Source of the DNA: Minisyncoccota bacterium
Lineage (GTDB): Bacteria > Patescibacteriota > Minisyncoccia > Phycocordibacterales > UBA1006
Direction: 5' to 3'
DNA length: 64,000 nt
Assembly: GCA_036405175.1 (NCBI GenBank)
Contig: DASWYC010000002.1
Coordinates: 537,080 to 601,079, forward strand
Shown here: piece after piece, positions 59,400 through 64,000 of the stretch
Position numbering within the stretch: the first letter of the stretch is position 1
Layout of the letters: each line of letters opens with the position of its first letter
Position numbers and translations under genes: made by a program
Notes under the pieces: generated by a model
What the model saw: the letters and a program-made list of their open reading frames with translations, nothing else
The model's database searches: none
What the model was told of the DNA's origin: nothing

Positions 59400-59606
59400 A
59401 TGGGAGTTCTTAAATCAACTTATAAATTTATTCGTATTATTACCCAAACAGATTATGTGGGGGAATGCCGCTTTCACCCTACCTGTAGTGAATATTGTGC
59501 TGAATGCTACAAAAAATATGATCCATTTAAGGCTACAGTAAAGTCTGCGTGGCGATTATTACGATGTAATCCATGGAATAAATCATATGGAGTTGATGTG
59601 CCGTAA
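59400..59606 (+). CDS. yidD: Membrane protein insertion efficiency factor YidD
   Basis: CRFHPTCSEY, RLLRCNPW..GVD. Confidence 0.93.
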   Translation: MGVLKSTYKFIRIITQTDYVGECRFHPTCSEYCAECYKKYDPFKATVKSAWRLLRCNPWNKSYGVDVP

Positions 59607-59618
59607 TGTAGATTAATA

Positions 59619-59655
59619 AAAACAGCCCGATCAGCGAAGCTGATCGGGCTGTTTT
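59619..59655. repeat. Palindrome with shared core CCGATCAGC-GAA-GCTGATCGG, copy A
   Basis: 17-bp arms around a GAA loop. Confidence 0.85.
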
Positions 59656-59727
59656 ACTGTAAATTTAGACCACAGATAAATATAACGATTACTTGGTAAA
59701 AACGGAATTTCGTTTATACTAGAATCC

Positions 59728-60459
59728 ATGTTTAAGACAATTTTTGTTGCACCGCTTTATAACGCCTTTATTTTTATTACCTCACATGTAGGAAATTCTG
59801 CAATTCTTGGGCTTATTATTATCACTTTGATAATCAAACTTATTTTGCTCTACTTTACCTACAAAACCACCATCTCTCAGTGGTATCAAAAACTCCTTGA
59901 GCCAGAAGTTGAAGCTATTAAAAAGAATGTTCTAGATACAATTGAACAAAATAAACAAGTTTTTGCACTGTATGGGCGCTACAATATTAATCCATTTTCA
60001 GGATGTCTCCCTATTTTGATTCAATTACCAATCATTATTGCGCTTTATCAGATTTTTTATCGAGGAATTGATGCCTATAAAGAACTTTTATATGTGCCAT
60101 TTGATTTAACTACGATTTCATACACAATCGCTGGGCTTGATTTCTCTCATTCGGTACCACTGTTTGCAATTCTTGCTGGAGTTGTGCAATTCTTGTATGG
60201 ATATTTGAGTCAAAAGCGCCTTGATACTATTCAGAAAAAAGTAAACCAAGGAATTGTTAAAGAAGTAAATCCAGAAAATCCTCTTGATATGTCGAATATT
60301 CTTAAGAAGCAAATGCTCTATTTGGCACCAGCGATGATTATTGGATTTGGATTGTATTTGCCAGGGGCAGTAGCAATCTATTGGATTATTTCTACTGGAT
60401 TTAGTATGCTACAAGAAGCAGTGATGTGGCGCCGCTGGAAGCGTAAACATCTCGCCTAA
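59728..60459 (+). CDS. yidC: Membrane protein insertase YidC, short form
   Basis: NPFSGCLPILIQLPIIIALY, LPGAVAIYWI. Confidence 0.95.
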   Translation: MFKTIFVAPLYNAFIFITSHVGNSAILGLIIITLIIKLILLYFTYKTTISQWYQKLLEPEVEAIKKNVLDTIEQNKQVFALYGRYNINPFSGCLPILIQLPIIIALYQIFYRGIDAYKELLYVPFDLTTISYTIAGLDFSHSVPLFAILAGVVQFLYGYLSQKRLDTIQKKVNQGIVKEVNPENPLDMSNILKKQMLYLAPAMIIGFGLYLPGAVAIYWIISTGFSMLQEAVMWRRWKRKHLA

Positions 60460-60463
60460 TGGT

Positions 60464-60934
60464 ATGAATACTGAACACCACAAAGAAATTGCTCAAAAAA
60501 TACTCGCATATTGTGGTGAAGAAGTACTTGCGGTAGAAACAACCATACGAAGCGATCTTGGGGTAACCTTAATTAATTTCCGCCTCACCGACGGTAAGAA
60601 ATTCATCTATAATCAAGGTGAAGCATTGCGTGCGTTCAATACGGTTATTCGCTCAATTGTTGAAAAAAATGTTGGAACACTTAAAGAGACTGCGTGGCTG
60701 ATAGATATTAATAATTTTTATTTTCATTATATTGAGGATATTCAGCAAGGAACACGGCACATTATTGAAAAAGTAAAAAAGACCGGAAAACCTCATGACC
60801 TGCCACCTCAAAATCCGTTTGATCGACGTATTGTGCATCATACGGTGCAGAGTGATGGTCACGTAATTTCCACCTCAGAAGGAGAAGGGTTTGAACGACA
60901 CATTGTTATTTCTTTGAAGGAAAGCGGTGAATAA
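60464..60934 (+). CDS. jag: Jag/KhpB-like RNA-binding protein (KH-R3H)
   Basis: GEALRAF, IDINN, LPPQNPFDRRIVH, STSEGEGFERHIVI; follows yidC. Confidence 0.85.
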   Translation: MNTEHHKEIAQKILAYCGEEVLAVETTIRSDLGVTLINFRLTDGKKFIYNQGEALRAFNTVIRSIVEKNVGTLKETAWLIDINNFYFHYIEDIQQGTRHIIEKVKKTGKPHDLPPQNPFDRRIVHHTVQSDGHVISTSEGEGFERHIVISLKESGE

Positions 60935-60947
60935 AAAAGTGGGAGGA

Positions 60948-60990
60948 TTGATAAGAGTCCGATCAGCTTCGCTGATCGGACTCTTATCAA
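60948..60990. repeat. Palindrome with shared core CCGATCAGC-TTC-GCTGATCGG, copy B (inverted)
   Basis: 20-bp arms; same 21-nt core as 59619-59655 with different outer arms. Confidence 0.85.
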
Positions 60991-61001
60991 ATTGGATAGT
61001 T

Positions 61002-62555
61002 TTACTTCACAAAATCAACCAACGATACCATCCAAGGTTCCATAGTTAAGCGATTAATGAATCCAAAGTATTTATTTTCCGAACTAACCACTCCCTTAAA
61101 TACATCTACTTCTTCTGTAGGTTGAGGAAGACTAATTAGAATATTATCTATGATGCTATACGCCTTAATTTCATCATTCGTACTATAGCCCTTAAGCCAC
61201 TCGTCGGGACTTAATCCACCATCAGCAGGTATTCCGCAAATAATATATTTTGAATCATGGGTCCAAGCGCATTTATCAGGAAGGGTAACAAATGGAACTT
61301 GTATAGAAATGAACGTTGAATTATTAAGGATATAAAGTGTTTGGTGATCGTCACTTTCTGAATAGAGGGTGTAATTCCCATCAGGGCTTACTAATGTCAT
61401 AAGTCCGGGAATATTTTCTAATAATGTAGTGCGAGCGCCAGTTTTTACATTAAATTTATATGAAACACCGTCATATCCTGTTGCGGGGCGGGCTGTTAGT
61501 ATTAAGGTCTCTGAGTTTGGAAATTCATGATTAAAATCAGTGAATGGTGATGTAAAAATTTGATTATAGGTTGCTGGTTTTGATACATCACTTATAACTC
61601 CAAAGGAAATAGAGTCGTTATTAAGCAAAAGAATGCTTCCCTTAGTGTCTGTGGGTGACAATAACATATCATTTACAGTATTGCTTTGGAGTTGATATGT
61701 AAGGAGATATTCTGGTATTTCTTCACCACTTGCTCTTTTTTCTTCCTTGATGATGTCTGAGCACGTATTTGAAAGAAGATTTAATGTAGTTTGGTCAAGT
61801 AAGCCTGTTGGTTTTTTAGAAAGACTTTTTTGTGTTTGAAATACCTGAATAAGACTTTGAACATTTGTCTTGTAGTCTGTAAAAGGAGGAAAACTTGCTG
61901 GAATTATAGAGTTAACTTGAAGTAGTCCGTATATTTGCTCGAGTTCTTCCTGATTATAAATATTTTTTTTATTAATTACCAGAGAATAAGGGCAATAATT
62001 AGTATTATTTTTAGTAAGATAGCCAACACGATGACTCAAGCTGGTAAGTGTTCGCGAACGGGCAATAATAGTTGAGAGATTATTTCCAAAACTCGCATCA
62101 AACAGCTCTGGCGTATCACCGCTCGCAAAAAGCGTTTCTTGAGGCTGGGCATTTTTAAAAGCTATGCGTTTAATAGTTCCATTTTCTTCTGTAATTAAAC
62201 GTGGAAATGGAAGAAATTGCGGAAGATCTGGAGAGCTTGAGACTATAGATTCCTCAGGGACGCTAATTCCCACAGTAGGGGTGGTAGTTAATTTAACTAC
62301 ATTTGGAATACCTTGTGAATCATTATTAAAATCTTTAAGACTATTAGGAATTATTTTTTTTGTTTGTTCTCCAAGATATTCCGTAACGGTATCAACGGTT
62401 TCGCGTGTAAGATTTTTAATACCTTCAAAAAGAGTAGGATTTCCCTCGCTAGTCTTAGGTTCTCTGCTTTTGAGCGCTGTAACCACAATAATGATTACAA
62501 TTAAAATACCACCAACAATAAGAAATAACTTTCCGCGAGACTGTCCTGAATTCAT
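61002..62555 (-). CDS. Membrane-anchored protein with a peptidoglycan-binding-like motif and a beta-propeller-like C-terminus
   Basis: N-terminal TM; IQVFQTQKSL..PTGLLDQTT; VSPDGNYTLYS, TLPDKCAW. Confidence 0.65.
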   Translation of the reverse strand: MNSGQSRGKLFLIVGGILIVIIIVVTALKSREPKTSEGNPTLFEGIKNLTRETVDTVTEYLGEQTKKIIPNSLKDFNNDSQGIPNVVKLTTTPTVGISVPEESIVSSSPDLPQFLPFPRLITEENGTIKRIAFKNAQPQETLFASGDTPELFDASFGNNLSTIIARSRTLTSLSHRVGYLTKNNTNYCPYSLVINKKNIYNQEELEQIYGLLQVNSIIPASFPPFTDYKTNVQSLIQVFQTQKSLSKKPTGLLDQTTLNLLSNTCSDIIKEEKRASGEEIPEYLLTYQLQSNTVNDMLLSPTDTKGSILLLNNDSISFGVISDVSKPATYNQIFTSPFTDFNHEFPNSETLILTARPATGYDGVSYKFNVKTGARTTLLENIPGLMTLVSPDGNYTLYSESDDHQTLYILNNSTFISIQVPFVTLPDKCAWTHDSKYIICGIPADGGLSPDEWLKGYSTNDEIKAYSIIDNILISLPQPTEEVDVFKGVVSSENKYFGFINRLTMEPWMVSLVDFVK

Positions 62556-62620
62556 AGAACTAGTATAGCAATATAATTTAGCTAATTTATACGTAAAACC
62601 GGCTTATGGCCGGTTTTAAT

Positions 62621-64000
62621 TTATTTATTTTGACTTTCAAGCATAAGTTTAATATCTGCTTCTGCTTGTTTTGCTTTTTTAACCACTGCATCTCCATAAA
62701 ATTCATTTGGTGGATTTCTACCCGGAGTACATGGGCTACCAGAATAATATTTACAAGCAGCATCTCTTAGTGAATCATAAGAAGTATTTGCGCCATTTAG
62801 CATATAAAGTATCGATGCTCCAAATATTGCCTGTCGCATATCCCAAGGGTCGGTTATAGAAATACCAAGTTTTGAAGCAGCTTTGGTTACCGATAACCAC
62901 GTTGTTGGTATAAATTGCAGAGGTCCCATTGCTCCTCCGCGTCCGCCGCCAGATGGACAAGAGAGGGGTTGGTTTTCTTTCTTGCGATGAAGAATGTTAT
63001 CCATTATTTCTATATAAGCTTTTTGATCGGCTTGTCCATTAGTGCTATTTCCCATAATTGTTTGCCAATTAGGTGTTCCAGCAACATTACATTTTCCAAT
63101 ATTTCCCCCAAGTGCACTTTCTTGTTGAAGGGTTGCCATGATAAAAGCTGCAGGTATCTTTGTTATACCCTCTGCTTCTTTTGCAATTTTATATGCGTCA
63201 GCAAATGCAATCGTTTGTTTTTTTCCGGTTACTGGGTCAAATGATGTATTAAACTCAATATCAGGGAATCCTTGCTCGCTCAAATTGAAGTTTGTTATTC
63301 CAAAGTCAACATCAGTAAGTTTTGGGTCAATAATTGAAAGAATGAGGTATGAACCCAATAGAATAGCAATGGCAATAAATACACGCGAAAGCCATTCCTT
63401 AAGAACTTTAAGTTTTTCAGAATTATCTCTATTTGATGCAATTGCAATACCAATGTAGATAAGGACTGCTACTGAGATAAGACCAAAAATCCCCATAAAT
63501 AACTTAAAAAGATAGGTAACAAAGTGTCCGATATAAAATCTTCCCACAATTACCGTCTTGAAGATTCCTGGAATAACTTTTCCGTTCTTATCTCGTGCTT
63601 CTAAATATCCGACTTGATCAGATACGGGGTCTGTAGCATTAAACTTAATAGGAAGACCTGAAAGAAGGGTGTAGCATTCATCTTTACCTGCAGCTATTTG
63701 TTCGGGCTTTAAATCTTTAATTTGTGTTTGTTTTGGATTTTTAAGGTCTAAATATGTCACCATTTTTTGAGTTTCAGGATCATAGCAAGGATCCCAAGAA
63801 AATCCTTCTTTAATTGTCGTTGATCCAAAACTTCCCAAATCTGTTCCAGGTACGTCCGATCTAATAATAACTGCAGGAATTTTATCAAGCTCTTTATTTA
63901 TCGGAATGCGAACTTTATAGGGATAGAAATCTCCCTGTTTGAGTATGTTTCCCGTAGTGCTCTTTGCAAACACTGCAAGGCTACAATTATAAACTCTATA
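62621..64000 (-). CDS. Pilin-like two-TM protein fused to a lytic transglycosylase domain (likely 5'-truncated by the window edge)
   Basis: TM pair ending LLGSYLILSIIDPKL; IPAAFIMATLQQES, GGAMGPLQFIPTTW, DPW, YYSG; frame stays open to 64000. Confidence 0.8.
   Translation of the reverse strand, partial: YRVYNCSLAVFAKSTTGNILKQGDFYPYKVRIPINKELDKIPAVIIRSDVPGTDLGSFGSTTIKEGFSWDPCYDPETQKMVTYLDLKNPKQTQIKDLKPEQIAAGKDECYTLLSGLPIKFNATDPVSDQVGYLEARDKNGKVIPGIFKTVIVGRFYIGHFVTYLFKLFMGIFGLISVAVLIYIGIAIASNRDNSEKLKVLKEWLSRVFIAIAILLGSYLILSIIDPKLTDVDFGITNFNLSEQGFPDIEFNTSFDPVTGKKQTIAFADAYKIAKEAEGITKIPAAFIMATLQQESALGGNIGKCNVAGTPNWQTIMGNSTNGQADQKAYIEIMDNILHRKKENQPLSCPSGGGRGGAMGPLQFIPTTWLSVTKAASKLGISITDPWDMRQAIFGASILYMLNGANTSYDSLRDAACKYYSGSPCTPGRNPPNEFYGDAVVKKAKQAEADIKLMLESQNK

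Noticed and set aside
1-64000. Alternative genetic code (UGA recoding as in Gracilibacteria/Absconditabacteria)
   Set aside because: Conserved genes are full length under the standard code with no in-frame TGA interruptions.

Overview
Core-chromosome segment of a reduced-genome bacterium, most consistent with Patescibacteria/CPR (Parcubacteria-like). The basis is inference: no rpmD between rpsE and rplO, compact divergent housekeeping genes and pilin-like membrane proteins; the standard genetic code gives full-length ORFs. The window holds a broken S10/spc ribosomal cluster (rpsS to map), recJ/rnhA, pgk/tpiA, nusA, tig-clpP-rny, four tRNAs, cca, xth, a Xer recombinase, rpsO, pnp, comM, pcrA, a PilB-type ATPase, ruvBC, a class A PBP and the dnaN-oriC-dnaA-rpmH-rnpA-yidD-yidC-jag origin region. 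The strongest unexplained signal is a five-copy, about 110-125 bp non-coding element. Its core has compensatory base changes, tandem GA pairs and GC-GNA motifs, and each copy sits inside its own unique 14-19 bp inverted repeat. Other notable items are a circularly permuted DsbA-like protein inserted in the spc operon, two orphan promoter-driven structured RNA candidates, a second DnaA-box cluster with nearby parS-like sites about 28 kb from oriC, a two-paralog regulator island with a shared operator motif, and widespread apparent leaderless genes. All calls come from reading the sequence by eye; no searches were run.
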